64,000 bases of DNA from Octopus vulgaris (taxonomy: Eukaryota), in assembly GCA_951406725.2 (NCBI GenBank), contig OX597827.1:83204001-83268000 (forward strand). The letters are read 5' to 3'. Shown here piece after piece: positions 26,190-41,119 of this stretch. The position numbers were made by a program, and so were the translations under genes. A model generated the notes under the pieces. That model made no database searches, was not told where the DNA came from, and saw nothing but the letters and a program-made list of their open reading frames with translations. Each line of letters begins with the position of its first letter. Position 1 is the first letter of the stretch.

Positions 26190-27959
26190 CATTCTTTTTA
26201 CAATCCATGCTAATGTCTTTAATCTTACCTCTCTATAATTAACATCCCTTCAGTTTCTTTCTCTTCCTATCTTGTTGATATATTTCCTAACCTTTTGGTC
26301 TGAAAGGATGTGCCATACTCGCAGGCTATCCTTTGCAAAATGGGGAAGCTACACTGCAATCACCCACCTGAATCAATATCAATTGAGCCTCACCTACTTA
26401 GCCAGTGTAAGATTATCTCTAATGGAAATATTAACAATCAACTGTCACAACAGCAACAGAGAATCACCCTGCAGGGCAGCAGCGGTAACAGCTGGCCAGT
26501 TATTTAATGCACTTACTGAAGACAACACTGGACATAAACACCACCATCTGGCCCCTATAGACGTGTCGACTACATTGTAAATATTGCGGTTAGGTCTCCG
26601 AAGAGAACTTCCTCTCACCAACGTCAGAGGCCCTGAAACGAACTGGAAGATAGAGCTACCATTCTTCTAATGAAGCCGCTAAAACAAAATATTTCACAGT
26701 AATCAATCAACATTATATCCGTCCCCCAAACCCTAAATCTTTCTTAACTTATTCAATTACATTTACAAAACAACAACATTAATCCTTCCATATTGTTTCA
26801 CTGTTGTTGATTATGTCATTCTCCCAGTATAAATCGATATTGTGTTTATATTGATCCTGATATTGAGAAATCACTTCAACTTGCAAGGACAGTGCAAAGA
26901 ACTCTCATAGAAAATGACAGTTGCAACATCTCTGTCTGATTCTCAACTGCAAGTGTGCAACTGATGTGCAGCGATGCCATTATCATTAAACTCGACTTGT
27001 ACCATTGCTCAGATATTTCTCAAATTACTATTGAATCATTGACTCGACAAAGCAGCCAGCCTGTTAGAGGTCACTGGATCCAATAGAAATAATAGCCAAA
27101 TCGCCCTCTAATTAAACACCTATTTCCTCGTAAAGAGGAAAACCTTAACAAATGCTCTTCCTTAAAAACACAAAATGGTCAGACTAAGTCTATTTGACCA
27201 GACAAGCCTGGTACTTCACAACTAAACGGCTAGAAGCATTCTTCTTTAGTTATCCTAAAACAATAAAATCAATTATTCTTTCCCTCTCGGCATGTAGTCT
27301 AACTAGCTCTGTTCCACAGACACACCACCAAATTATTACTTTCATCTACTTGAGATCCATATTTCCTCACAACCTACCACAGCAGTTCTGTTTGTTCTCA
27401 ATTCCCTCAGATTACCTTTCAGTTCCAATATATCTTTTTAACCACTTTTTCAGCAGCCATCACATTCCCTCTTTCCCTACTGCAACATGTAAACTTCAGT
27501 TTCGTCTAAATTGTCCCACCATTACAAGAGCCAAGTCCCATCTTTGTCAGGGTCGTTATATTCTGACCTCATGGTGTGTGCGTTTGTACACAAACATGCA
27601 CGCGTCTATTTCACTTACTTTTATACATGCACGCACACGTACATACACACCAAAAATATTGCTGTCTTCTTCTTCTTTTCTTCTTCTTCTTTTCTTCTTC
27701 TTCTTTCAATCAGGACTCACGCCATTAGCCACAAAGAATAATCTCTAATTCGAGCCTTTGCGTGTGGCAATTTGAAGATCCACCCACCACACGCGATAGA
27801 CTGGCGGTTGCACGGGCGCGAAAGCTACGTTGTTATAAACGGTGGCTTTTAACGGGTGGAGAGCTGAACCATCCTGGGGTACAGAGGATTCGCAATCTAG
27901 ACTAGGGTCTGAAAGTTTACCACACCATAGTGGATTACACCATGGTTCCTCTGTTTTGT

Positions 27960-28155
27960 GACAGAAGTAGGAAGAAAGTGTGAGAGAAAGTCGTGGTGAA
28001 AGAGTACAGCGGGGTTCACCACTACCCCCCGCCGGAGCCTCGTGGAGCTTAGGTGCTTTTGCTCAATAAACTCTCACAATACCCGGTCTGGGAATCGAAA
28101 CTGCGTTCTTACGACCGCGAGTCCGCTGCCTCAACCACTGGACCATTGCGCCTCA
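27960..28155 (-). mobile_element. tRNA-head SINE (gaggcgcaatgg family)
   Basis: Head matches 60616-60687 (tggcccagtggtt..gtttcgattcc). Confidence 0.8.
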
Positions 28156-28228
28156 ACTGTCGCTGTTGTTGCCATCGCTCTTTAGAGTGTTTCTGTTTTG
28201 TTTTATTTGTTTACATAAGACATTTTGG

Positions 28229-28267
<39 letters not shown>

Positions 28268-30315
28268 CAAAGCTTGTGACAGTGTTTATAATAAGAGATA
28301 TGTACGCGAGCTGCATGACATTGCTTCAGTAAAAGGTTTGTTGTGACTCTGTCAACTCGCTCTGTAAATGATATCCATATGCTGCCCAAGCATCACTACA
28401 GAAGGTCCTGGCATTGGTGCACTGTGATAGTGTATGGTCAAGAAAACACAAGGGACCGCCTCACTGAGATGCAAGAAGCTACTTACGAAAGAAGTAAAAT
28501 AAGGAGAAACCATGTCTATCTTCATAGCTGCTTCCAGTTTAGGATGGTGTTATATTAAACCAGAACTTAGAAATAAGGGTGAGCCCTAACCTCAAACACA
28601 TCTTGGAGAATGGAAAGTACTATAATCTCTAGACATCATCATCATCATCATCATCGTCGTCATCGTCTTCGTTGTTTTAAATCTATCTTCTCATGCTGGT
28701 TGTACAATGTTGTATTTCTAATGATTGCAAACAGAACCATCAGCCATGGCCATGTGTTCAAATCATTGTCTCAAAGTTTGAGAGGATTTAGATAGTATAC
28801 ACAACTGTTTTATTATTGGAACTAATTTGCGTTTGAAACGTGCCAACAAATTGAACTGAAATATCGAATCACAAAGCAGACTGAAATAAAACTGTCAGAA
28901 GTAATGTCTACATATTAAACTGTCTTTTTCAAGTCATGTTTATGGCAGTGTAAATAGACAGTGTTAAGCAAGAGTAAGTGTTAAGAGACGTGTTAAAAGA
29001 CAGTCAGTAAAAAAAAGTGTTGCGGGGAGACTAAGTGTTAGGAGAGAGAGAGAGAGAGAGAGACAGTGTGATGAGAGACAAAATGTTAAGAGAAAGTGGA
29101 AACAGAGAGTTTAAGATACCAAAGTTTGTTTTTTTTTCCTAATTAATAAGTCTTTTAGCTAACCCCAAATTCTATAACAAGAACTCTCTAATCAATTCCT
29201 ACAATGGCTGTCGTAAGAGAAATGCCTAATGTTGAAGAAATCTCTCTCCCATACAATGAACATCAAGAAATACCTGAGAGGTTCTCCTTCATAATAATAC
29301 TCTCAGACCAATTGTTACCTTATTGTAGGTGAGATCACGGTGTTATATCAGTGTTCATCTACACTAATATTTTCCCAGTTGTTAATATAGGGAAAGGGGT
29401 TCACAGAGATGAATATTGAAATTGGTGTCAAATGTTGGCACAAGGCCAGCAATTTTCAGAGGAAGGGGAAATCCATTACATCGACCCCCCGTACTCAACA
29501 GGTATTTATTTTATCGACCCTGAAACATCGACCATGGTAGAATTTGAATTCAAAACGTGAAGACATACAAAATGCCAGCATGCCAACAATTCTGCCAGCC
29601 GACCGTCTTAGGCGATTATTAATATTAACAACTTTATCTTGGATCTTTTTCTTTTGTTGTCCAATTTTTATAGGGGTCTACTTTCTTAGAAAATGTTAAG
29701 TGTATAAATGTCATTTCATTTGTTATCAGGAGCCCTCAGCCCTATTCTAACATGCTATCCCATTTCATGTTGGCACAGATCAGCAGTTAATTGAATTAAA
29801 CACCAGTACTTAACTTGTAATTATTATATCAGATTGATCATCACTATTTGAACTTGGAATGTAAAGAGCAAATATTCGAATGCATTTGGTCACATGCTGG
29901 AAATGTTCTACGAATCCATAGGAGCCTGGCTCCTCCTCCATCGACACTAAAACATTTCACTGGGAACCGATGAATGAAGCAGACTTTCAAAGTGATGCCA
30001 ACGAGTGGCAAATGTTGCTCTGTACAGCTACGAAATCACTAACAATGTACCAAATCATATTTAGAACCAAATTTATCATTGCTAATATATTTTAACACGT
30101 GAACCAGTCTAATCACTTCTTTCTGCTTCATCCACCAGTTAACTATTTACAGCCAGCCATATTCCCCTCTGATTGCAATCTCTCACTCCCATCGCACCAA
30201 TAAACATCATTTCATTACTCCTTATTCTCAACAACATATTGTCCGACCTTACAACACAATCAACTGTTAACAATACAGACTACAAAGTCATATAGAAAGG
30301 ATTACAACCGATTTT

Positions 30316-30368
<53 letters not shown>

Positions 30369-30394
30369 ATGGTGGTGGTGGAGGAAGAAGAAGA

Positions 30395-30450
<56 letters not shown>

Positions 30451-30463
30451 AAGAAGAAGAAGA

Positions 30464-30501
<38 letters not shown>

Positions 30502-30519
30502 CAGCAGCAGCAGCAGCAG
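30316..30519. repeat. Compound trinucleotide microsatellite (GTA/GAA/GCA)
   Basis: Read directly. Confidence 0.95.
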
Positions 30520-31854
30520 TCATACCAACTTTAAAATTAGATCATTTCTCCTTGAATATTTCTGAAATAAAGACTTCTACAGGCACATGATAGGTTTATT
30601 AGATTAGTATGTACACTCGCCAGACAGTCAAGACAACTAAAACTTTATAAACACATTGGAAATTCACGGTATAAATCTCAAAATAGTCTTCTTTTGTTTA
30701 CTAGATTCAAAAAGTAACTCGGAAAAAATAACTGATAAATATCGACAATTTTTTTAACAGTTTCAATCACATGCCAAAGTATTTTGATAACATTTCTCTC
30801 CACCCAGTAAACAGAAAACCGGCGAAAAAGATGCGAGAGAATTGTAAAAGCATTTATCATATTCTAGATGTGAAATGGAAGATATAGAAAATGATTTACA
30901 AGTGAAAAAGTAGTGATGTAGCAATGGCAGATGATAGATACTTCAATCATTAGATTTTTACAACAATGTTGACAGGAACTAAAGTCAAGGAGAGTCAAGA
31001 AACAATATTTTAATTCCGTTCTAGTTTCTGGGTTTAGAGTGACAGTATTCAACATCATCATAAAAGACACAAATACTGATTGGTTGTCCATAACAGTTGA
31101 AAAGACAATAAAAGAGGAAAATACCTAAACTGGGTAAAGCTGTAGTATGTGGTTGAGTTTCAATATTAGAGTCTTCTCTTATATTTTCTGATGTTCTGCT
31201 TTCTACATTGTTACATAGAAACTTATATTCAAGTGTAAAAAGCTTTGTCTGGCATCAGAGCTATTCACCCAGCAGCTCACACACCTCTGCCATCAACTTT
31301 ACTGTTTCTTATTCCCAGCTCAGTAAATCTGTCCTCTTCAGAAGCATCCATCCTTGTTTCTATTTTCCTTTCTACAACTGCCCAGTTTTAAAATCTCCCA
31401 AAAACACCCAAAAAACAGCGCCTCCTCCCCCACACCTACCCACTTATCTTTCTTTAGATTGAACTAAACTATTAAGAAATCCTCAGCAGACAAATCAATA
31501 CAATATTTAGTTTAAATAAATTTAAGAACACTGAAACTTTGAATACTGAATAAAATTGGTCATTTACACCACCACCAGCATCGTTATTGTTGTTGTTGTT
31601 GTAGGTGGTGGTGGTGGTAGAAAGCAGTTGTGATTTTAATTTAATCGACCATTGATAATTTGATAGACTTATTTAACATCAGGGTCATTATTCTGCAGTA
31701 TACTATAGCAGGGATGCAACGAGCCTCTTACAAAAAATAGGACACAATATCAATATATTATCTTCAATTTTAAACAATTTGATAAAACACAAATTCCCAA
31801 GAAATAAAAAATTTTAATTTTAGTTTGAAAATGATAGGACACATCACTGTCACA

Positions 31855-31885
<31 letters not shown>

Positions 31886-33424
31886 TGTGTGTAAACATGA
31901 TTAGTCCGCCAGGCTTGATACAAGTGGTAGCCTGAAACTGTTATATAATGTTGACTTGTATAATGTATAAAATATAAGGAAATCAATAGTATTTCTAAAT
32001 TTCTGAGATGTGTCATTATTGGAATAGTTATTTAATCATGGAAACCAGCATGGCTATGCCCATGCCTGAGCAACACCAGCAAAGATTACTGCAATCAAGA
32101 CTGGTAAATTTAAATATACTAATATACAAAAATACTAATAATGTAAAGACCCTTAAAACAATGTGGAACTGTAGGAATAAAAAAAAAGTCCACCAGAAGG
32201 GGGGTTAATGAAATAATCAATATTTAGTAACTATTAATTATTATAGTTCTATGTAACATCTATAATATTATATTTATTAATCAATATTTAGTGTCATTAT
32301 TATAGTTGCATGTAATAAATCCAATATGACAGCTAAAACAAACCATGGTGTTTTTCTGCACAGATTGTTACCTGCTAATCACATCAATTATTGATTAAGT
32401 TTATGTCCCTGATTCCAAGAGTTTAATAGAAGCTGTATTTACACATCATCATCATCCCCCTGATCAGGAGTAAAAGTGACAGTTCCAATGAAGTAGTTGA
32501 AATTGAGCAGGAAAGGTCAATGAAACAGATACCAGGGACACAGATGTTCTATCAAGGGAACATGGTGGAAAAGCTGAAACACGAGTACCAGAAATGTTTT
32601 GAAACTATTACAATCAATAGTAACAAATATGAAGTAGGTGTAATAGAAGAAAGCTAAGGTGATAGTTAGGAAGGAGAGAGATAGTGTGTGTGTGTGTGTG
32701 TGTGTGCACGTGTGTGTAAATAAGGTGTTGGTGGAGCAATTTATCTGCCATAAATTTCCGCTATGACTGACTAACCTTGTGGTCAGAGTCATCTTATGTC
32801 ACTTATTTGTCACTGACCACTACCTTAGCTTAGTGTATTTAGCTGTAAATAGATACCATGTAGCGTGTTTCAGTATTTTGTAATGACCATTTCCACTATT
32901 CTTGCACATTTTGACCAGTACTTTTACATTGTTTCTATTCAACAGCAACAACAATATCCCATAGTTATATTGTTGCAAATAAAGTTCTTTCTATTCCTAA
33001 ACACTCTTGTGGTCCTGCGTTATTAAATGTTAGTTCTTTTAACTGAGAGTTGCTACAACAAAATCAAAAAACCATCAAGGTTTATTAACTACACAATAAG
33101 ATATCTTACTCCTGAGTATACACATTATTCCAGGTTAGATTCCAGCTATGAACTTTGATTTCTAAATGAAGGGTTGTACGCCACCAGTGGCTTTACTCAA
33201 TAAGGATGTTGTGACAAGCTTTCATTTAGAAATATCATGTCTCATGTAGATATTAAGGGAAACGTACCTATACTCTAAATATGAAGTGTTGTAAAAATTA
33301 TCTAAGCAACAATGACTCATCTCAGAAGTTTAGATATCTAATTTAAACAAAAATCATTAGTAGAAACAAGAAAGATCAAAGTTAGTTTCTACGTGGTGAG
33401 AAACTATCAATTTAACTAACTCAC

Positions 33425-33448
33425 CCTCTCGCCAATGGTTTCTTCCAC
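33425..33448 (-). other. Candidate 24-nt microexon of an unidentified minus-strand gene
   Basis: tattttattcttttcag|GTGGAAGAAACCATTGGCGAGAGG|gtgagt: consensus acceptor and donor, length divisible by 3, no stop in any frame. Confidence 0.5.
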
Positions 33449-33699
33449 CTGAAAAGAATAAAAATACATATTCAACAAAAATTATATTACAATAAAAAAA
33501 AATGTAATAAAAGTGATTTCACAACAATCTGTTAGTGTTTACCCATAATTATTAAACTCTAACAAAAGACTAAGTCTTTTGTGTTCATTCTGTAAAGTTA
33601 TTAAAGATGGTGAGATTTATTAAATTATCTGAAATACATTATTATATTTAGAGTATATAAATTACCCCGGACTAAATAAATATATATTTCCTTTCATTA

Positions 33700-34480
33700 A
33701 TTAGCTGGTGGAGGGGAGTGGATCCGTGCCAGACAGCTGAAATCAATATGGTGAGCTAATATTCAATGGGAACTTTAGTAAGTTGACATATGTAGGGAAA
33801 CTGGTAAGGAAGCGAATTCCAGAGTGTTCAAGTTGTGGCAATGACTGGAAATAAAGAATTTAGTGTGGGTGCAAGAGAATGGAACAGGGTATGAATGGGG
33901 GGAGGAGGAGGAGAAGGCTGCATGGGATTGGTCGTAGTGTATTAGTTGCTAGTTCAGAGAATGAGAGATGGTTGTAGAAGAGACAAATAGATCTGTGTGA
34001 ATTAGTTGTTCTTGTGGTGGTGGTGGTGGTGGTGGTGGTGGTGGTGGTGGTGGTGGTGGTGGCAGTGGTGGTGGTGGTGGTGGTGGTGGTGGTGGTGGTG
34101 GTGGTGGTGGTGGTGGTGGCGGTGGTGGTGGCAGTGGTGGTGGTGGCGGTGGTGGTGGTGGTGGTGGCGGTGGCGGTGTGTTGATCTGACCAATTTCTGC
34201 GTGGAAAGCAACTCTAATTTTGGGGTGTTGAAGAGAATCAAAGATGAACTATGCTTTGCTCTTGAATATTCTGGATCCAGTTTCAACGACATTATTAAGA
34301 AGCCTTCATCAGATGTAACGATGAAGCAGAATTTAGTTTTTAGTTGGGTGATGTTCATTATTGGTCTGCTGGTTATGTGCAGCAATTGACACTTTGGTGT
34401 TGTTTGATGGGGTCTGAATGAACATGTCCTCATTGAAAGATCTTTCTCAGGCCATTATTTATGAAAGCAGTGCATGTTTT
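33700..34480 (-). mobile_element. Old L2/Jockey-group LINE remnants split by a (GGT)n tract
   Basis: Minus strand TLWNSLP-like 3' motif near 33810; heavily decayed. Confidence 0.45.
34014..34177 (+). repeat. (GGT)n microsatellite, G-quadruplex-prone
   Basis: Read directly; accounts for the poly-W and poly-H ORFs. Confidence 0.95.
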
Positions 34481-35927
34481 GTGTTTCTTGTGTCTTTCCC
34501 CTCCACCCACCCACCCCCAGCCAAATTAAATAATGACATTGCTGAAATATGAGTAATTGGATTTCTGGCAATAGTTAAAGAATATCTCTATAACAATTAT
34601 CAATGTAAAATACAACAATGTTTACTTGTTTATTTTTCCAAATAGTTGTGGCTAATGAATAAGGACATCCAGAGTCATAGACTGCAAGCAGAGATTTCTA
34701 GCACTCTTCATGTAGCAGTTCAGAGCTACTGAAATTGCAGTCTTTTGGATGTTTAGTTGTAGCCTCAAAGTTGAATAACTGTCTTAAATTTATTGTATTA
34801 ATGCTATCTCGATATTTTTAAGGTAAACTTGATGTGACAAAATATAAAACTCAATGAGACTCCATACTTCATTGTTAATCCTTACAACCGTTTCAAGTCT
34901 ATTCCAACAAACATACAAAGCAACAGTGAAGAAACATCATGCAGAAAGGGAGATATGTCAAATATTTATCAACATGAAATAGAAAAGAAATAGCAAAACA
35001 CAAGAATATTTTCTAACAATTAAAAAACAATAAGGACATAAAATCAAGACATAATATTAAGATTGTTCATTTAGCAAACTTTGTATAGTATATATTATGC
35101 TTTAAACACAAACATTTGACAAATTTGCAGGGGTTACCATTTTCTACAATCCAAACACATAACCATGTAATATACCTCAATATTGAACTTCTGAACTTTA
35201 TAAACTGTGAAAGCAAACAGAAAGATCTATTTTTATGTTATACAAAACAGATATTTGTATTGAAGTTTTGTAAATATTAATGTGTAATGGATCATGTAGA
35301 AGTATTTGTAGAACCATTTAACAAAGCTATATATCTAAGGTACTGCACTGCACTACACGCATACATACAAGGATGGATGTCTGAGTAGACAGACAGGCAG
35401 ATCTATGGACAGACACACAGAAGATAATAGAACTGCTGGTAGGACCATTTAACACAGCTATAGCTCTTAGTTACTCACTCAAATATAAACAGCTCCTTAA
35501 ACATCAACTATACAAACTTTCACAGGGATATTTCACATGGAAACATGCTGCTGTTATCACTTAAGTTGCCCCTATCCCTAAACTCCCCCTACCTGTAACA
35601 AGGTACTCAGGCAAATGAGATAAAAGTATTAAAAAACAGAAACATATAATTTCAGTCACTGAACTGCAGTCATACTGGAGCACTACCTTGTAAGATTTAG
35701 CTGACTTCAGAATGGCTAACTTATGACCTATGGTTGTAATATAAAGCAATACAGCTTAAGACACACAGACGCAGACATGAATGGATGGTTAAAAAGTTTG
35801 CTTCCTAACCACAGGTTTTCAAGTTCAGTTCTACTGCATGTCACATTTGGCAAGAGTCTTCTAGTATTGCCCTGGGCCAATGAAAACCATCTCATAGAGT
35901 TTGGTACAGGGAAACTAAAAGAAGTGC

Positions 35928-35960
<33 letters not shown>

Positions 35961-37826
35961 ATGAGAGAGAAAGCATGTGTGCATGGGTGTGGGTGGGTGT
36001 GTTTGTCTCTCCTTGTCTTCACATTGTACAGTAGTTGTAAACTAACATTTGTGTCATTTGTTTCCAAACTTTCTGGCAAAATATGACAGGCCATGGAGAA
36101 GTATTACCTTACTTGGAAACAGGTGAAGACAGCTGACATGAAAAGCATCTGGCCATTGAAAATCACCTTCAATGAATTCTATTGAACCCATACAAGCATG
36201 TGTATGTGTGTCAAAAGAACCAAACACCTCAAATATCTCTTTTTCCAGTTGACCTAACAGAGTAGCAGCCAGGCTCCTTCATTCACTGTACGCATTATGT
36301 ATATAACACATCATCCTCCTCATTTAACATCCATCTCCTATACTAGCCCGAGTTGCATAGTCTGACATGATCCAACAAGCCAGCAAACAAAGTCATGCTC
36401 CAATGTCTGTTTTGGCAAGGTTTCTATGGCTGGAGGCCTTTCATAAAACTAAACACTTTACAGAGTGTACTGGGTGATTGTTTTCCTTCTTTCCATACAC
36501 CAGTAGTCCAGTTGGCAAGTAACTCACAAGTCAAAGTAGAAGACTCCCCCTACTGACTGGGATCACAGTAAAGAGGGATTTGAATTTGTCTCAGTCAGAG
36601 GATAATGTATGACAGAAGGACAAGCAAAAGTGTCTTCCCATGGAGAAGCTACATAGCTGCACTGCTTTGTGTATGGGGGAGAGGGAATCGTTGGAAGGGA
36701 GTTGAAAATGGTGATGGTGAAGTATCAGGATGTACACTCAAGGTACAAGTAAGTGAATATAAGGGAGATATAGGCAGAGGGTCAGAAAGGGTGGGTGGAC
36801 AAGATCATAAGCGCTGGGGTAGGAAATCACAGATGGTTAGAGATGGGAGTAGAGGTGAATGTAGTGTATGATGAACAAGAGTTGGGGGGGTATGGTGGAT
36901 GGTAACTATCAGTGGAGTGGCAAAGTGAAGGAAATAGCAGTAGCTTGGGAAGAAGGAGGTGATAAGTGGCAGTAGAAGAAGGACAGAGAGCAGCAGTATA
37001 ATAAACCTGTAGATAGGGGGTGCAGAGTGGGAGAGTTGTGGTGGGAGGAAAGCATACAGTGACAAAGATGAATGTCAGAGGTTTGTAGGGTTGGCTATAG
37101 GGAACACCGGTAAGGAGGTGGCTATCAACATATAAACAGGGGGGGGAAGAGCAAACACACACACACACACACACACACATTTTGCTTAACTGCATGGTCT
37201 CCGATTCAGACCAACCGTTTAGCACTTCCAATAAGTATCTTTGACTAGAACCTCAGGCTTGTCTGTGCAAGTGTGCACAAGGCTGCACACATCTTACCCA
37301 TATAATTTAGCCTATAATACTTAAGTAGAGAAATATTTGCACTTCTAAGATACTAAAACAACCAAGTTGTTCAATAAAATTCTTACAACAAATCCCAGCT
37401 TAATCTTCTGTGTGACAAGCTGATTATACCAAGTTCACTAAAATAAGAAGCCATGTCTTTAATACAAATTCATCTATAATCAAGTAAATATTTAAAGCTC
37501 CAAACAATTAAATAATATTAAAATGTCTGTGTCAGATTCATCAAAATCTAACAAATATTTGTGTTCCTCTATTCTATGTTCAAATCCTGTCAAAGCAGAA
37601 TTTTTCCATAGGTTGAAAGTTTCTATTTGTTATACAAACTTATTAAGACATTTGTTAAGAGAAACTAAAATATATAATAAGCCATACTAAATACACTCTT
37701 CAGCAACACAATAGTCATAATTAATTAATTAATTAATTAAGGCTAATTAATTTTGCATCAATAATCTATTTGTTGGTGTTTTTTCAAACATTAAGAAGTT
37801 CCCACAAGATGCAGTTCTCCAAATAT

Positions 37827-37862
<36 letters not shown>

Positions 37863-37878
37863 GCACTCACACACGTAT

Positions 37879-37918
<40 letters not shown>

Positions 37919-39329
37919 CAACTGACTCAACAGAATGTTCATTTCACATTTGTGCTCATCCTGGATGGAGTTAACAGATAAAAAAACATCCATGTGAAGT
38001 GACACACAGACAGACATCAAGAAAGCCTTTAATTGAGAAAAAAACAAGCAAAATAGAGAAAAGAACTAAAAAATGGTTAAAACGTCATCATTTTCATCAA
38101 TCACCTCAAATAGTCCTCGTTAGCTACTTTTTCATCAACAGACAGGCAGGCAGACAGACAGACTGATGGACAATGGACAGGCAGAGCAGAGTAACTGAGT
38201 CCTCTTCATTATTTGTTGTGTCAATCAGTTAAAAATCAACAATGAGATATATTCTGATGATGATGATGATGATGATGATGACACAGTAAGCAGCAGCAGC
38301 CAAAATAATAAATGAGGAGTGAAGGCCGTTGAAGTGGCAGAACTGGCAGAGTCGGGAGCTAAGTTTTAACCAACAGACATTTTTCAAATGAAAAGGGACA
38401 AGAAAACAAAAAGAAGAAAGAACAATCTAATTTTATAGAGAGGTGGAGGTGGGAGGAGGCTGCATCCAAAGAAAAGAAATGTTTTCAGTGGAGTTGAGAC
38501 AGAGTTTGAAACATGTGACCTGGCAGAGAAACAGCAATAAACCAATAATAAAGTATTATCTGGGGAGAAACAACAGAAATAATAATCGGATTTTGGATTT
38601 GTTGTTATTGTTTTATGAGAGAAGAATTTTGTTATTTTTGTCAATAATTAGGTCCTTAAATTTCTACTAAGGACCCAGAAGAAACTAAACTCTAAACTGA
38701 AAGTAACATTCTGTCTCGAAAGTTGAGGGAAGAACAAAATAAATACAATTCTTATCTTGAGGTGTACATGTGATGAAAAACAATGTCCTCCATGTGAAAA
38801 CTGTTTGTCTCAGCCATGGTAGGTAGAGTCGTTAGCTTATAAGTAGGAAAATGAGGATTCTGTAAAGTCTAACTAAGAACCATTAATATGGTGCAGTGTT
38901 AGCTGTTGGTGAGCAGCTAGTTACTAGCAAGCTGTATTCAATGAATGGAAAGAGAGGGGCAAGGAAGGGCTGCCACCAAAGGCTATTAAAGGTGCAGAAT
39001 GCATGGAAGGAACAGGGCCTTCCCAATATAGACCAAACAAAGGGATTGACCATTCTTATACACAGCAGCATGATAACAGTTAAGGCAAATGAAAGCAGAG
39101 AAACCTCCTGGTTATTAGGAATTACTGTTGAAAATGTTGAAAATATACGAGTGGATACTGAGGAAACCAGGGGTAGATAAACAGCTTGTGAGTTTCATGC
39201 AAACCATGTACATAGGAGCAGTCAGCAAGACGGAAATTAGCAATGAATACAGCATATGATCCACCAGTACACAATTCTCAGTCCCTTTCTATCGATCATA
39301 GTCCTCTAGAAAGACTATGATCAATTGAT

Positions 39330-40260
39330 TAGAGGAGTTTTATGCTGGAAGGCCCAAGGGAAGTCCAAAATGCTGAAAAGCTTTTTCTTGTAGCTGAGTC
39401 TGCAGCAGAATTAGAGTAGAAATTCCAAACACTGAAGAAAAATCTGGAATCACAAGGTCTCGACATTAATTTAGCAAAGAGCAAAGTCCTAGTAAGTAGG
39501 AATACAGATGCTGGTGGCTTCAGGAAAATTATCTTATTTGATATGTAAGGAAGAATTAAGTGGAAATTCTATACAGCGTAACCAGTGAAAAACATAAGAT
39601 GCAGTGGACTCACAAAAAGATTAACAGAGGAATTAGGCTTTGTATGTGCAAGAAACACTAAGAACACACAGGAAACAGACTCACTCAAATACCCAGGAAA
39701 TTACCTAGAAGTAGTAGAAAGTTTCTGCTCCTGAGGTGAGCTAATTAGCAGTGGAGGAGGTTGTTCTCTAAGTATAATCTCTAGAATAAAAACAGGATAG
39801 GCTAAGTTCAGAGAACTTTTAGCTTAGTTGGAAACAGATGGTTTCTCATTCAGAATGAAAAGCAGACCAGCTGATGCTTTTGTACTTCAGGGTAGTGAGA
39901 CTTGGACCCTGAATAAAAAGGACCTGCAAAAACTAGAAGAAAATTAAGCAAGCATGCTTCACTAATGTGCAATATCAGCATACATAAATGATGGAGTACA
40001 AATGCATTGATGAAGACTGGACATAAGAGGAGTCAGTTGTAGTGTGCAAGCAAGATGAATGTATTGGTCGGGGCTTAGAGATGAGGACAGCTGCATAAAT
40101 GCCATTTGCTAACAGTACATGGAAGCTGCAAGAAAGGGAAGACCAGGAAGATGTGAAATGAAGGGATGAAGGCTTATCTTAAGATGTGGAGATATAAAGG
40201 ACTGAAATGACTGGTGATATGCAGGACTTGAGAGGACTTGGCCAGCAATGCTGGTAGAGC
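39330..40260 (+). mobile_element. Decayed RTE-clade LINE (RT C-terminal half)
   Basis: LVAESAAELE*KFQTLKKNLESQGLDINLAKSKVLVS, LEVVESFC, ISSGGGCS, SRIKTG*AKFREL, GSETWTL, GRP motifs. Confidence 0.8.
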
Positions 40261-41119
40261 AAAACTGAGGTTCTGGAAGCATAATAGACACTATGCCCTT
40301 GTCAGTCCTACAATCCTATCTTGATGGTTCTTATATCTGCTGCATTATTCTGCTACTGTAATTAATGAAAGAAGAACCTATTATTACATCCAGTATCATC
40401 ACCCTTTCTGTATTAACAGTCATCACTCCCTGTTCCTTCTTAGCGACATCTATCCCTCATGCTTACAACCATCACCTCCTACTCATATTTACCACCTCTC
40501 CACCCTGTTCACCAGTCACCCCTTCCACTCTTATTTCAATCCATCTTTCACTCCTTCCCCGACATTCTGCTACCTTTACTCACCCTTCCCAATTCTTCAG
40601 TCTCCGCACTCTCTTCTCTTCATCTTTCTAGCCATTTTAGCACCCTTAACACCACCATTAAGACAAACCTTAGACAGTTTAGTGTCTCCCTCTGCAGTTA
40701 TGCTGTATTAGGTGCAATCCCCTCACTGCTCCACTAAAGATTACAATACCAACTACTCACCTATCAATCTCATTTCTAACATCATAAACAGGATAAAAAA
40801 TAATCAACATCTGACTACTTCATCACTTTCTCCACCATAACCTTCGGCACAATTTCAACAGAATCCCACCAACCAGATATTTCATCTTCTACACCATACA
40901 CTTGTGGTTTCTCGACCCTTGACAATTTTAACAATACAATGTTCTTCACATCATCATAACATTCAGTGATTGCTGTTGTAAGAATCTCCAATAAGTAAGC
41001 CACCTATAGATTCCATTACATTTCTCACTCTTTTAGATTACAATTTCCCTGGTACAAAATCCATCACAGCAAGCATTAACAGAGTTATCACAACCCCACA
41101 GTCTTTTTTTATAATAGTT

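Noticed and set aside
29856-29870. tggaatgtaaaga resembling miR-1
   Set aside because: Only 13 nt match, no hairpin, and it lies in a decayed SINE (tttgaactcagaacgtaaag-like).
34002-34433. Poly-His/poly-Trp ORFs; also poly-Thr/Val at 30314-30590
   Set aside because: Trinucleotide microsatellites with no splice or coding context.
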